Notes under the pieces: generated by a model
Told to the model about the DNA's origin: nothing
Database searches by the model: none
Seen by the model: only the letters and a program-made list of their open reading frames with translations
In this document: piece by piece, positions 47,534 through 58,090 of the stretch
Numbering within the stretch: the stretch's first letter is position 1
Layout: every line of letters begins with the position of its first letter
Source of the DNA: Acidobacteriota bacterium
GTDB lineage: Bacteria > Acidobacteriota > UBA6911 > RPQK01 > DATIPO01
Assembly (NCBI GenBank): GCA_035471925.1
Contig: DATIPO010000059.1
Span: forward strand, 21,003-85,002
Length of the DNA stretch: 64,000 nt
Direction: 5' to 3'
Program-made: the position numbers and the translations under genes

Positions 47534-48405
47534 AGATCGGCGCTGAAGAGGACGTTCTCTTCTCCCCGCTGTTGGATCAGCTTCTTGATTTGCTTCACCA
47601 ACTCGTCGCGGCGCTTGCTCAGAGCCTTGATCTCAGGCGGTCGCAGGACGTCTGAGAAGGAGCTTTCGATGTTTTTTTTGTCGAGCTCCTGGAGCTTCTC
47701 CCAAACTTCGCGATCGACGTACGGCACCTTGTCAGGGGCGTGAAGGTACTTAAAGCGGCGAAAAGACTGAGTGTGGTCGATCAGCCAGATATTCCAATCA
47801 GGATCGATGAGCAGGTTACCTTGATGACGGTCGATGTTAGCCACCAGATTGTCAAAAAGGTTCATGGTCAGCATCTGAGCCGTCCACAGCCACTCGTCGG
47901 GAGGTTCGATGCCATTTTGGCGGCGGTCCCGCTCCATAGTGGCATGCTCAACCCAGGCCTGAAGGGTGCCCCGGTGGCCCTCGATCTCGCGGATGACGGT
48001 GGGTGGAACCAACTTCAATCCCAGCATCCGGCTGAGGCGGAACGCCGCCACTTCGAAGATGGCGTCGTCGCGGTGATTCTGCATGAAGGACGGATGTCGC
48101 GGATCTGGAATCTGACCCTCGCGGGAAATGTCGCGAAAGGCGGCATGCATCTGGATGCCGTCCTTCTCAAGCAGGACCTTGCGGGTCTTGTTGAGGCCCT
48201 CGGATATCTGCTTCCAACTGACCACCCGCGCAGTGCGCAGAAACTCCAGCGCTTCCTCTTCTGTGTCAAAAGGCACAGGCGTGCCCGCGGGACTGACCCA
48301 GGTCAGCGGGTGATCATATTTCACTTCCAGCGGCCCGGCTTGAAAGGCCCCGAAACTAGACACGCTGAGAATGATCAGCGATAGAACATAGCCAATCGAC
48401 TTCAT
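47530..48405 (-). CDS. Secreted PI3/PI4-kinase-like (HipA-like fold) protein
   Basis: Signal peptide MKSIGYVLSLIILSVSSFGAFQA. Catalytic-loop-like NIDRHQGNLLI and metal-binding-like WLIDHTQSF. The gene is visibly AT-richer than its neighbours. Confidence 0.55.
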   Translation of the reverse strand: MKSIGYVLSLIILSVSSFGAFQAGPLEVKYDHPLTWVSPAGTPVPFDTEEEALEFLRTARVVSWKQISEGLNKTRKVLLEKDGIQMHAAFRDISREGQIPDPRHPSFMQNHRDDAIFEVAAFRLSRMLGLKLVPPTVIREIEGHRGTLQAWVEHATMERDRRQNGIEPPDEWLWTAQMLTMNLFDNLVANIDRHQGNLLIDPDWNIWLIDHTQSFRRFKYLHAPDKVPYVDREVWEKLQELDKKNIESSFSDVLRPPEIKALSKRRDELVKQIKKLIQQRGEENVLFSADL

Positions 48406-48586
48406 GTTGCTTCTTCTCCCGAATAGTAGGGAAGCACTCCGCATGCCAAACAATGCTTCGCCGGAACCGCCAGTTGAGGCCGCGAAGATCAAACATTTCG
48501 ATGACGCTGTCTAACCATTTGGTTAGATTGAACGCCCCCGAGAAGTTGCAGCCCGGTTATCGGATGCCGCAATCAGGCATTTGGCT

Positions 48587-49495
48587 TCATTTTTCCTGGC
48601 GGGCACGCAGGGAGGAGCGGTGGAGGAGGTTCTTGAGGGATTCAGGGGACAGGGATTGGATGTCGTCCTGGTACTTGAGGACGGCGCCCAAAGTGTCTTC
48701 CACCACTTGTTCGTCAAGTTGATGGCGGTCGAGGGCGATGAGCGCTGAAGTCCAGTCGAGGGTCTCGGCCACGCCAGGAGCCTTGAAAAGTTCCAGGGAG
48801 CGGAGTTCCTGCACTAAGGCGGTCACTTGGCGGGCCAGTTCTTCCCCGGCTTGGGGACGTTTGGCCCGCACGATGGCCAACTCGCGTTGGAAAGAGGGAT
48901 AGTCGATCCAGTGGTAGAGGCAGCGGCGCTTCAGGGCGTCATGAATTTCGCGGGTACGGTTGGAGGTGAGAATCACCACCGGCCGCTCCTGGGCGTGAAT
49001 GGTCCCCAACTCGGGCACGGTCACCTGAAAATCAGAGAGCAGCTCCAGCAGAAAGGCCTCGAACTCTTCATCGGCCCGGTCGAGTTCATCGATCAGCAGC
49101 ACCGGCGCACGCCCTTCGCTGGAGGCTTCCAGAGCTTGTAAAAGGGGACGTGTGAGCAGGAACTCGCGGCTGTAGAGGCTGCGTTCGATGTCGTCTCGGG
49201 GTGCACCCGAGGCTTCCATCACGCGCAGGTGGAGAAGTTGGCGGGCATAGTCCCATTCATAAAGGGCCGAAGCGGCGTCCAGTCCTTCGTAGCATTGCAG
49301 GCGGATCAAGCGGGTGTCGAGGATGCGGGCCAGTACCTTGGCCACCTCGGTCTTGCCCACTCCCGCTTCGCCTTCCAGAAAAAGAGGCTTTTCCAGCTTG
49401 AGGCTGAGGAAAACCGCCGTCTCCAGTCCTCGCTCGGCGATGTAGTCGTGGGTGAGGAGTTGCTCATGCATCTCCTCAATGGATTGGGGTTTCAT
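48587..49495 (-). CDS. MoxR-type AAA+ ATPase (CoxD-like)
   Basis: Walker A GEAGVGKT and Walker B VLLIDELDRA. ATG 49495 (MKPQSIEEMH) is preferred; the listed N-terminal extension to 49801 is Arg/Pro-rich junk. Confidence 0.85.
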   Translation of the reverse strand: MKPQSIEEMHEQLLTHDYIAERGLETAVFLSLKLEKPLFLEGEAGVGKTEVAKVLARILDTRLIRLQCYEGLDAASALYEWDYARQLLHLRVMEASGAPRDDIERSLYSREFLLTRPLLQALEASSEGRAPVLLIDELDRADEEFEAFLLELLSDFQVTVPELGTIHAQERPVVILTSNRTREIHDALKRRCLYHWIDYPSFQRELAIVRAKRPQAGEELARQVTALVQELRSLELFKAPGVAETLDWTSALIALDRHQLDEQVVEDTLGAVLKYQDDIQSLSPESLKNLLHRSSLRARQEK

Positions 49496-49700
49496 GTGGG
49501 TCTCGCCTCCTCGAAGAGGCGCACACGGCAGCGGCGCGGACGTCGATCGCCGCCTCTTCCTGCGCCGGTGTCCTGTCCATCCCGAATAGGACGCCCACGC
49601 GTCTGGGGGGCCGCCTGCCGGCTCCGGCATCCTCGCCAGTGTGAAGGAGCTTGAAGTTGCCGCACATTGAAACCAGGCTGGCGCCGCACTTGTGAGCGCC

Positions 49701-50561
49701 TCACTGGCCCAGCGCTGAGCGGACGGCCCGCTTGAAGTAGACGCCGCACATGGCCCGCCGGTAATCGCGCGGAGCATGGAGGTCGTCCATGACATCGTCA
49801 CCCAATTCGTCCATCAGGGCCTGGGCGGCCGCGCTCAGGGAGTCTTCGTCCAAGCGCGAGCCGGCCAGAGCTAGCTCGGCGGCTGGAGAACGGGTGGCGC
49901 TAGGGACGGCTCCGGTGACGGCCACGCGGGCTGAGGCGCATTCTTCATCCTCTACCTCTAAGATGACGCAGATGCCCACCAAGGCGTAGCGCGAGGCGGG
50001 ATGCGGCAGCTTGACGTAAGAGGTGGCCTTGTCGGCCAGACTGGGGATTTCGACGGCGAAGAGCAATTCCTCTGCTTTGAGATCGGTTTCGAACAGGCCG
50101 GTGAAAAAGTCATCGGCCGCCACCGAACGCTGGCCTTCAGGACCCATCAGATGCAGCGTGGCGCCGGCGGCCAGCACCACGGCCGGCGGGTCGGAGGCGG
50201 GATCGGCGTGGGCCAGGTTGCCTCCCAGGGTTCCCCAGTTGCGCACTTGCGGATCACCGATGCGCGAAGCCGCTGAAGCCAGGGCAGGGCAGTGCTCCTG
50301 GACGTCGGCTGAGGCGGCGATCTGGGCGTGGGTTGTCAAGGCGCCGATGCGCAGGGAGCCGCCATCGGCAGCAATCTGGCGCAGTTCGTCGAGCCGACCG
50401 ATGTCGACCAGTTTCTGGGGCTGGGCCAAGCGCAGGTTCATGGCCGGAATCAGGCTGTGCCCTCCCGCCAGTGCTTTGGCATCGCCGGAAGCCAGCATTT
50501 GGAGGGCTTCCTGCAGGGACTCCGCGCGTTCATATTGGAATGATGATGGCCGCATGCTCAT
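49701..50561 (-). CDS. FAD-binding medium subunit (CoxM-like), second locus
   Basis: ALAGGHSLIPAMNLRLAQP and GTLGGNLAHADPASDPP. The start overlaps the large-subunit stop (ATGA). Confidence 0.9.
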   Translation of the reverse strand: MSMRPSSFQYERAESLQEALQMLASGDAKALAGGHSLIPAMNLRLAQPQKLVDIGRLDELRQIAADGGSLRIGALTTHAQIAASADVQEHCPALASAASRIGDPQVRNWGTLGGNLAHADPASDPPAVVLAAGATLHLMGPEGQRSVAADDFFTGLFETDLKAEELLFAVEIPSLADKATSYVKLPHPASRYALVGICVILEVEDEECASARVAVTGAVPSATRSPAAELALAGSRLDEDSLSAAAQALMDELGDDVMDDLHAPRDYRRAMCGVYFKRAVRSALGQ

Positions 50562-52930
50562 GATTGCTTCCTTGTGACGTTATTGGCCTTGGCCTCCTGG
50601 ATGGCTTTCCAAACCCGGGGCGGGGTCATGGGCATTTCGATCTGCTCCACGCCCAGCGGACGCAGGGCGTCGATGACGGCGTTGTAGACAGTGACCGTGC
50701 TGGCAATGGTGCCCGTTTCGCCGATTCCCTTGACGCCCAGCGGATGGTGGGGCGAAGGAGTTTCGGTGTGGCCTAGTTCGAAGTTGGGGAACATGTCGGC
50801 CCGCGGCACGGTGTAGTCCATCATCGAGCCTGTGATCAATTGTCCCTGCTCGTCGTAGGCAGCGCCCTCGTAGAGAGTCTGGCCCACACCCTGAACCACT
50901 CCGCCGTGGACTTGTCCAGCCACGATGACGGGGTTGATCTGGGGGCCGCAGTCGTCCACGGCGATATAGCGCTTGAGTTCCACGTGACCGGTCTCGCGGT
51001 CCACCTCCACCACTGCCAGATGGCAGCCGAAGGGATAAACGAAGTTGGGCGGATCATAGAACTGACTGGCTTCCAGCCCGGGATCCATGCCTTCCGGCAG
51101 ATCCCAGGCCACGGTGGCCATGAGGGCCAAGTCCTGAATCGTCTTATGCTCTTCGGGCGAGCCTTTGACGAAAAACTTGCCGTCTTCGTAGGCGATGTCT
51201 TCCTGGGCCGCTTCCAGCAGATGGGCGGCCAGAGCCTTGCACTTGTCCTTGACCTTGCGGGCGGCCAGGGCCAAGGCGGCGCCTGAGACGGGGGTAGTGC
51301 GGCTTCCGTAAGTGCCCCAACCCATGGGAGTCTGGTCGGTGTCTCCGTGGACCACTTCGATGTCTTCGACCGGGAAGCCGAGTTCGTCGGACACGATCTG
51401 GGCGAAGGTGGTCTCTTCGCCCTGACCATGAGGATTAGTGCCGATCATGACTTGGACTTTCCCAGTGGCCGAGACGCGCACGATACAGGACTCCCACAGT
51501 CCGCCCTGGAAGCCCGTGGCTCCGGCCACCTGGCTGGGTCCCAGGCCGCAGATTTCGGCGTAGGTGGTGACGCCGACTCCCAGCAGGCGACCGTCCTGGC
51601 GGGCTTGCTCCTGTTCTTGGCGCAGATCTTCGTAGCCGGCCATCTCCAGAGCCTGGTCGAGCACGGCCTGGTAATTGCCGCTGTCGTAAGTGAGGCCGGT
51701 CGCCACGTCGTAGCCGTCCTGGAAAGGCGGGATGAGGTTCTTGCGGCGCAGCTCGACGGGATCCATCTCCAGTTCGGCAGCCAGCTTGTCGACTAGCCGC
51801 TCCACCAGGAAGATGGCCTCGGGACGTCCGGCGCCGCGGTAGGCGTCAGTGGGCGTTGTGGTTGTGAAGACCCCGATCGATTCGCAGCGGGCGTGCTCGA
51901 AGCGGTAGACGTTGCAGTACATGAGCCCATGCAGAATGGTGGGGACGCCGGGTCCAGCCGTGGACAAGTATCCTCCCATGGCAGCGTAGACCTTGCCGCG
52001 AATAGCCACCATGGTCCCGTCCTTCTTGGCGGCCAGGTCGACGTATTCGACATGGTCGCGTCCGTGGATGGTGGCCTGGTAGTTTTCGCTGCGGGTCTCC
52101 GTCCACTTGACGGGCCGTCCCAGCTTGCGGGCTGCCCAAGCGACAAGGATCTCGTCGGCATAAACCGGAATCTTGCTGCCGAATCCGCCGCCCACTTCTT
52201 CAGCCACCACCCGCAGCTTGTTGTCGGGAATGCCCAGCACCAGACCCATTGCGTGGCGGTGAATGTGAGGATTCTGGCTGGTGCACCAGACCGTCATCTC
52301 TCCCGAAGCATCGTTGTACTGGGCCATGGCGGCGCGGGGTTCCATGGCGGTGGGCAGCAGGCGCTGCTGGACGATGCGTTCGGAAACCACCACGTCGGCT
52401 TCTTCGAAAGCCTTCTCGACTTCTTCGTCGCCGCTGGAGGCCACCCAGCGGAAGGCGATGTTATTGGGGACTCCGCCATAGAGGCGGGGAGCGCCTTCCT
52501 GAGTGGCTTTTTCAGGGTCGACGACAGCGTCGAGAGGCTTATATTCAACTTCCACTAGTTCGGCGGCGTCTTCGGCCTGATAGCGGCTTTCGGCCAGCAC
52601 AACAGCCACTCCGTCCCCCACGTAGCGCACGCGCTTCTTGGCCAGGGCGGGGTGGTCGGGCGTCTTGAGGTCGGCGTCGGGGACCAGCCAGGCGCAAGGT
52701 ACAGGCTCGCAGTCCAAATCCTGGCCTGTGAAAACGGCCATCACGCCGGGAGCGTCCTTGGCGGCTCGGATGTCGATGCTTTTGATGCGGGCGTGAGCGT
52801 GGGGCGAGCGGACGACGGCCATGTGGAGGGTCCTTGGCAGCACCATGTCGTCTGTGTAGAGAGCTTTGCCGGTGATCAGCCGGGGATCTTCGCGGCGCTT
52901 GATTCCGGAGCCGAAGATGCGCGTGCTCAT
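50558..52930 (-). CDS. Molybdopterin-binding large subunit (form-II CoxL-like), second locus
   Basis: ATG 52930 overlaps the small-subunit stop (ATGA). N-terminus [14 protein letters not shown]. The active-site loop is [11 protein letters not shown]. Confidence 0.9.
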   Translation of the reverse strand: MSTRIFGSGIKRREDPRLITGKALYTDDMVLPRTLHMAVVRSPHAHARIKSIDIRAAKDAPGVMAVFTGQDLDCEPVPCAWLVPDADLKTPDHPALAKKRVRYVGDGVAVVLAESRYQAEDAAELVEVEYKPLDAVVDPEKATQEGAPRLYGGVPNNIAFRWVASSGDEEVEKAFEEADVVVSERIVQQRLLPTAMEPRAAMAQYNDASGEMTVWCTSQNPHIHRHAMGLVLGIPDNKLRVVAEEVGGGFGSKIPVYADEILVAWAARKLGRPVKWTETRSENYQATIHGRDHVEYVDLAAKKDGTMVAIRGKVYAAMGGYLSTAGPGVPTILHGLMYCNVYRFEHARCESIGVFTTTTPTDAYRGAGRPEAIFLVERLVDKLAAELEMDPVELRRKNLIPPFQDGYDVATGLTYDSGNYQAVLDQALEMAGYEDLRQEQEQARQDGRLLGVGVTTYAEICGLGPSQVAGATGFQGGLWESCIVRVSATGKVQVMIGTNPHGQGEETTFAQIVSDELGFPVEDIEVVHGDTDQTPMGWGTYGSRTTPVSGAALALAARKVKDKCKALAAHLLEAAQEDIAYEDGKFFVKGSPEEHKTIQDLALMATVAWDLPEGMDPGLEASQFYDPPNFVYPFGCHLAVVEVDRETGHVELKRYIAVDDCGPQINPVIVAGQVHGGVVQGVGQTLYEGAAYDEQGQLITGSMMDYTVPRADMFPNFELGHTETPSPHHPLGVKGIGETGTIASTVTVYNAVIDALRPLGVEQIEMPMTPPRVWKAIQEAKANNVTRKQS

Positions 52931-53409
52931 GAGGAGCCTCCCTTCATGTGGCGGGCCGCTTCTTGCACGGCGGCGACGATGTTCTGGTAGCCGGTGCAGC
53001 GACAAAGATTGCCTTCCAGTCCGTGGCGGATCTCGGCTTCGCTGAGTTGGTCAGGCGAGGAGTGCTGTTCCAGCAGGGCGGCGGCGGCCATGATCATGCC
53101 TGGTGTGCAGTAGCCGCACTGCAGCCCATGCTTCTCCCAAAACGCTTCTTGCATGGGGTGCAGTTGGCCGTCCTGGGCCAGGCCCTCGATAGTGGTGACT
53201 TGGCGGCCGTCTGCTTGAGCCGCCAGGCAAGCGCAGGACTTGAGGGAGCGCCCGTCCATGTGGACGGTGCAGGCGCCGCACTGACTGGTGTCGCAGCCGA
53301 TGTTGGTGCCCGTCAGCCCCAGCTCCTCGCGCAGGAAGTGGACCAGCAGCATGCGGGGTTCGATGTCGCGCTCGTAGCGCGTCCCATTGACAGTGAGGGA
53401 GACTTTCAT
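52927..53409 (-). CDS. [2Fe-2S]-binding small subunit (CoxS-like), second locus
   Basis: [11 protein letters not shown] and CGYCTPG...CRCTGY. Confidence 0.9.
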   Translation of the reverse strand: MKVSLTVNGTRYERDIEPRMLLVHFLREELGLTGTNIGCDTSQCGACTVHMDGRSLKSCACLAAQADGRQVTTIEGLAQDGQLHPMQEAFWEKHGLQCGYCTPGMIMAAAALLEQHSSPDQLSEAEIRHGLEGNLCRCTGYQNIVAAVQEAARHMKGGSS

Positions 53410-53413
53410 CCTC

Positions 53414-53971
53414 CTACTCCTCTTCTTTTTTCTTCTTCGAGAACATGTCTTTGACCACGTCTTTGGCGATGCCGGCGGCGATCTTGGTGCTGGACGGTCC
53501 CTTGAGGTTGGCCTCGGTGCCGCTGATGCGGGCTTGGATGACTTGGTCCAGGGTTTCCAGGCTCTGGCGGGTGATGGAGCGGGCGGTGGTGTCGAGCAGA
53601 CGCTGGCCTACGCCTGCGATGCGTCCGCCGACGTTGGCCTCAACGCTATAGCCCAACGTAGTCTTGCCCTCCTCTTCGGCATCCTCAAGGGTGATGTGAC
53701 CCTCTCCCTTGATGAATCCGCTGGGACCGCGGCCGTCGATGTTCATGTCATAGCTCTCGGGCTCGTCAAGATTGCTGAGTTGGACAGTACCCTGGAACTT
53801 GCCTTGAACTGGACCCACCTTGACGTTGAGGGCGCCTTTGTAGGTATTGTCGTCGGTCCTGTCCAAGCGTTCGCATCCGGGCATGATCTTGGCAATCACG
53901 TTCGGGTCTAGCAGCGCATCCCAAACCTCTTGGCGGGGCGCATCAAAGGTATAACTTCCTTTCAACTTCAT
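53414..53971 (-). CDS. SRPBCC-fold CoxG-like protein
   Basis: [34 protein letters not shown]...[12 protein letters not shown] 53971 is preferred over the listed start at 54208. Confidence 0.8.
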   Translation of the reverse strand: MKLKGSYTFDAPRQEVWDALLDPNVIAKIMPGCERLDRTDDNTYKGALNVKVGPVQGKFQGTVQLSNLDEPESYDMNIDGRGPSGFIKGEGHITLEDAEEEGKTTLGYSVEANVGGRIAGVGQRLLDTTARSITRQSLETLDQVIQARISGTEANLKGPSSTKIAAGIAKDVVKDMFSKKKKEEE

Positions 53972-54114
53972 CTCGTTCTCTTCCTTTCGCGCCAATAAGA
54001 TATCAGGCTTGAGGAAGAAGCGCGATGTCTGTCGCGAGGTGATCAACAAGTTGGCGCACGACTCAAGCTTCGGCGCCCGGCTGGCCTCCCGGCTCTGATC
54101 GTGGAGGCGGCCCG

Positions 54115-56019
54115 CTAGTGCTCGCCGGTGGGATCTTCGTCGACCGAAGTGCTGGCGGGGAGGGAAAAATAGATGGTGGCGCCCATGTTGAGAGCCCCTT
54201 TGGCCCAAACTTCGCCACCATGGCGCGCCACGATGCGCTTGACCAGGAACAAGCCAGCTCCCGGTCCGGGATAGTCGCTGCCTTTGTGGAGCTTCTGAAA
54301 AAGCCCGAAGAGCCGGTCGAGCTTTTCGATCTCGAATCCCACGCCGTTGTCGCGCACATAATAGACGTAGTTTCCTTCTTCGTTCTGGGATCCGACTTCG
54401 ATTTCCGGTGCCTCGACTTTTTGGCTGAATTTGAAGGCATTTGAGATCAGTTCGCTGAACACTCTCCTCAACTGCCGCTGGTCACCTCGCACCGGGAAAA
54501 GCGTGCGCATGGAAAAGCGCACGCTCATGTCCGGATACTGGGAGGAGATTTCTCGGTAGACGGAGCGGGCCAGCGCCGACATGTCGACTTGGGTGAATTT
54601 GAAGGGCTGGCGCTGCAGGCGGGCCGCCTTATTGAGTTGAAGCACGATGGTCCCGGCTGAGCGGGCCGCTTCGTTGATGAGCTGGACGTAGCGCCGTCCT
54701 CCAACCCCAAGCTGCTTGGAGTCACGCAGCAGGGAACGGGAAAAGGAGGAAACCGCTCCAATGGGCTCTTGGAGGCGGCGCCCGGTGGCCTCGGCGAAAA
54801 CTTCGACCTCGCCGGCGGCTTCCTGAAGCTGAGAGCTGAGGGCTTTGACCTGCTTTTGCAATTCTTCGCTCGAGGGTGCGTCGCTGTGGACGTTGGGGTT
54901 ATGGGCCAAGTCGATGGAAAAAGCCGTCCACTGGGCGATCTCGCCCTCTTCGTCGCGCTGTCCCAGCAGAACCTGGCGGACGGGAATCTCCTGGCGGCGC
55001 CGGGTGACCAGCGAGGTTTCACCGCTCCAAAGTCCGGACGCGGTCTTCTCCAGCACCTCTTTACGGTAGCGGCGGTAGGCCCAATCGGGCATCACGCTGC
55101 GCAGCGTCAGGTCGCTGCTTTCCAGATCGCCCACCCCCAGCACCTGACGTCCTTGTTCGTTGAGGTAGGTGATGGCTCCGGCAGGTTCGAAGGACATGAC
55201 GATTTCAGCGGTTGATTCGCGAAGGCGCTTGAGCTGCTTGAGTGCGTCCTGGGCCCGTCTCAGATGCCTCGATTGATAGAGAGCCAAACCTGTCTTTCCA
55301 AGGAACTCCAACTGGTCGGCGTCGAACAGGCGCAGTCCTTTGGAGTGCAGGGACAACACTCCGATGGGTCCTTGGGGTCCGTCCAGCAGGACGCAGGCGG
55401 TGCTGGTCACGTTTTGCTGGTTGAGGAAGGCGGCTAATTGGTCGTCCTCATCGTCGGCGGGAACTTCGATGACTTCGGGGTCTTTCTGAGCCAGCATGGT
55501 CTGAGCGGTAGGCTGGTGGGCGTCGAAGGACATGCCGGTTAAGCGGTCCTTCCAGCCGGTCTGCACTCTGACCCTGAGCCGGCCACCGTCAGGATCGCTC
55601 TCCAGGAGCAGGGAATAGTCGCAGTGAAGGGCGTCGGCGGTGGCCTGACAGGCTTCCTCGGCCAAGGTCTTCCAGTTGGCGGCGGTGAGAGCCCGCTGGA
55701 AGAGGCGTCCCGTGCGCTGGGTCTGGTTGCGGGCCCGTTCGGCCTTTTCGGCGCGGTCTTCCAGTCCCCGGAAAGATTCACTCAGGCGGCGCAGGAAAAG
55801 CAGCAGCACGATGGGAGGGATCAGCGCCAGCAGCCCGCCGAACCAGCCTCCCGGACGCAGCCAGGCGCCGGCCGCCGCACCCGCCAGCAAGATCAGGGCG
55901 AAGGCTGCCAGCGTCCGCCAGGGACGTTCGTCATCGGCCCGTCCGGCTTGCCGCCAAGCCCAGACGGCGGCGGCGGCTTGAAGCAAAGCCGCAATGATCC
56001 ACAGCACCAGTTCCGTCAT
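54115..56019 (-). CDS. Membrane GAF-PAS histidine-kinase-like protein with a degenerate H-box
   Basis: The HATPase_c N, G1 and G2 boxes are intact (ELISNAFKF, VRDNGVGF, GPGAGLFLVKRIV). The DHp H-box reads FAEATGRRLQEPIG, with Arg where the phospho-acceptor His is expected. The start is 56019 (Shine-Dalgarno present) or 56055. Confidence 0.8.
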   Translation of the reverse strand: MTELVLWIIAALLQAAAAVWAWRQAGRADDERPWRTLAAFALILLAGAAAGAWLRPGGWFGGLLALIPPIVLLLFLRRLSESFRGLEDRAEKAERARNQTQRTGRLFQRALTAANWKTLAEEACQATADALHCDYSLLLESDPDGGRLRVRVQTGWKDRLTGMSFDAHQPTAQTMLAQKDPEVIEVPADDEDDQLAAFLNQQNVTSTACVLLDGPQGPIGVLSLHSKGLRLFDADQLEFLGKTGLALYQSRHLRRAQDALKQLKRLRESTAEIVMSFEPAGAITYLNEQGRQVLGVGDLESSDLTLRSVMPDWAYRRYRKEVLEKTASGLWSGETSLVTRRRQEIPVRQVLLGQRDEEGEIAQWTAFSIDLAHNPNVHSDAPSSEELQKQVKALSSQLQEAAGEVEVFAEATGRRLQEPIGAVSSFSRSLLRDSKQLGVGGRRYVQLINEAARSAGTIVLQLNKAARLQRQPFKFTQVDMSALARSVYREISSQYPDMSVRFSMRTLFPVRGDQRQLRRVFSELISNAFKFSQKVEAPEIEVGSQNEEGNYVYYVRDNGVGFEIEKLDRLFGLFQKLHKGSDYPGPGAGLFLVKRIVARHGGEVWAKGALNMGATIYFSLPASTSVDEDPTGEH

Positions 56020-56086
56020 GACTTCACTTACCTTACTCCAACGCCCCGGCCGCATTGTGTGGAAATCATCACAGAAAGTCCAAAGA

Positions 56087-57181
56087 CTAGGTCTCGCGTT
56101 CGGGCAAGGCTTCAGCCGAAGAGAGCAGGGTTCCCAGCCAGCGCAGGTCGCCGCTGTTCTCCAACAGAATTTTGACGATCATGGTCAGCGGAACGGACAG
56201 CAACATTCCCAGCGGACCCCAGACCCATCCCCAAAACACCAGTGACAGCAACACCACCAAGCTGGAGAGCCCCAGCCTGTGTCCCAGAACACGTGGCTCC
56301 AGTACGTTACCAAGCAGCATGTTGACGGCTACATAGCCGGTGATGACTCCGAAGGCGGTTCCCACCGATCCGTTGATCAGAGCCAGTCCCAAGGGAGGCA
56401 GAGCCGCAACGATGGATCCGATGGTCGGAATGTAGTTGAGCAAGAAGCCCAGCACGCCCCACAGAACCGGGAAGCTCACCCCCCAGGCCCAGCACCAGAA
56501 ACCCAACAGCAGTCCCGTCACTAGGCTGATCACGGTCTTGATGGCCAAGTAGTCCCGCACTTGGCGGGATATGTTGGAAAAGCGGTCCATCGATTCGGGA
56601 CGCATGCCCATCTGGCGCATGGCCACCTGAGCCTTTTTGGGGAATCCAGCCGCCTCCAGCAGGATGAAGATAGTCGTGAGCAGGGCCATGAAGGTGTTGG
56701 AGAAGAGCAGGAGAAGGGAACTGACCAGCCGGCCGACCAAGCCCACCGCCGAGCCCATTACCGAGGCCGGATCGAAAAGCGCCATGAAAGAAAAATCGTC
56801 TTGAACCAGTCCTTGGGTCACCAGCATCTCCCGCAGCGGTTCGCTCAGGGAGAGAAGGCGCTGCTCCAAGATCTCCTGGTAAATGGGCCAGGCCGCCATG
56901 AAATCACGTCCCGAGTCGGCGACCAGCAGTCCCAACAAAGCGAACAATGAGATCAGGCCCAAGAAGACGATGAGGACGGCTAAACCCGAGGGGACCCCCC
57001 GTTCCTGCATCAGGCGCATGGGAGTCACGGCCAGCATGGCCAAGAACATGGAGAGGAGCAGGACCGGCAGGATGCTTTGAGCCTCCCGCAGGCCAGCCAC
57101 AATGACCACAAAGCAGGCGGCCAAGAACAGCGCCCGCGTACCCGTTCCCGGACCACCTCCATCCTGGCTGACATGCTGCAT
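56087..57181 (-). CDS. AI-2E family (PerM/UPF0118) transporter
   Basis: Eight-TM profile with family motif LLNYIPTIGSIVAALPP and LSSLVVLLSLVFWGWVWGPLGMLLSVPLT. Confidence 0.85.
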   Translation of the reverse strand: MQHVSQDGGGPGTGTRALFLAACFVVIVAGLREAQSILPVLLLSMFLAMLAVTPMRLMQERGVPSGLAVLIVFLGLISLFALLGLLVADSGRDFMAAWPIYQEILEQRLLSLSEPLREMLVTQGLVQDDFSFMALFDPASVMGSAVGLVGRLVSSLLLLFSNTFMALLTTIFILLEAAGFPKKAQVAMRQMGMRPESMDRFSNISRQVRDYLAIKTVISLVTGLLLGFWCWAWGVSFPVLWGVLGFLLNYIPTIGSIVAALPPLGLALINGSVGTAFGVITGYVAVNMLLGNVLEPRVLGHRLGLSSLVVLLSLVFWGWVWGPLGMLLSVPLTMIVKILLENSGDLRWLGTLLSSAEALPERET

Positions 57182-57375
57182 TTCGCCAGCAGTCTACTCC
57201 TCCAGCCTGACTTGAACCCGCCTCCCGGCCTTAGCACAGGAAGCAGGCACAACTCCGCCGCCGCCTCGAAGGACAGTCATGAGGGGGGGCGCGAACGGAC
57301 GGGCACTGCCAAATGCCCATGGAATCGACCTTTGTCGCTGAGGCTTAGGTCATTTGTGAACTTGCCCGGCCCGCT

Positions 57376-57846
57376 TCATTGCTTTGAGATGTGGAGCTTG
57401 AGCCCTTCGTGGCTGGCCCTGAAGCCCAGGCTCTCATAGAAGCGCAGCGCCTTAGGGCGCCGCTTATCGGTTGTCAACTGAACCACATGACAGCCTTGCT
57501 CACGGGCCAAGCTGACGGCATGCTCGACAAGGGTCCTCCCAACGCCCCGTCCCCGCAAGGACCGGTTGACCCGGACGCTTTCAATCATGGCCCGCCATCG
57601 TCCGCGATAGGTCAGGTAAGGTATGAAAGTGAGCTGGAGGAAACCCGCTACCCGGCCCTCGCTCTCCGCGATTAGAAGCCGATTGTTGGGGTCTTGATCG
57701 ATGGCTTGAAAGGCTTCAAAGTAGCGCTTGGGAAGCGGATCATCCTGGGGATTTTCCCGCTCTTGGCCCAACGGATCATCAGCCAATAGGCTAACCAACG
57801 TAGTGACATCGTTTTGAGTTGCATTACGAAACTTAACTGGGAGCAT
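57376..57846 (-). CDS. GNAT-family N-acetyltransferase
   Basis: Acetyl-CoA site VRVNRSLRGRGVGRTLVEHAV, and C-terminal FYESLGF. Confidence 0.85.
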   Translation of the reverse strand: MLPVKFRNATQNDVTTLVSLLADDPLGQERENPQDDPLPKRYFEAFQAIDQDPNNRLLIAESEGRVAGFLQLTFIPYLTYRGRWRAMIESVRVNRSLRGRGVGRTLVEHAVSLAREQGCHVVQLTTDKRRPKALRFYESLGFRASHEGLKLHISKQ

Positions 57847-58090
57847 TGCTTTGGTTAGGTTGGTTGAGGTCAGTGGTTGGCTTATTAGTTTATGGTCAAC
57901 CTGGATTCATGCCGATCTTCTTGGTAAGCTCTTTTCGACCAAAATCTCGTCGGGGGACCGATATACTATATTTCTTTGGTTCGGGTGGCCAGTCGGTGGA
58001 CCGGTCGAACTTTGAACTGCTCGGTTGCTCTCTGATGTCGGACTCAAGCAGTCCGTCTTCAAGCGGGGCTGGGAGGCTCGGATTCTTGAT

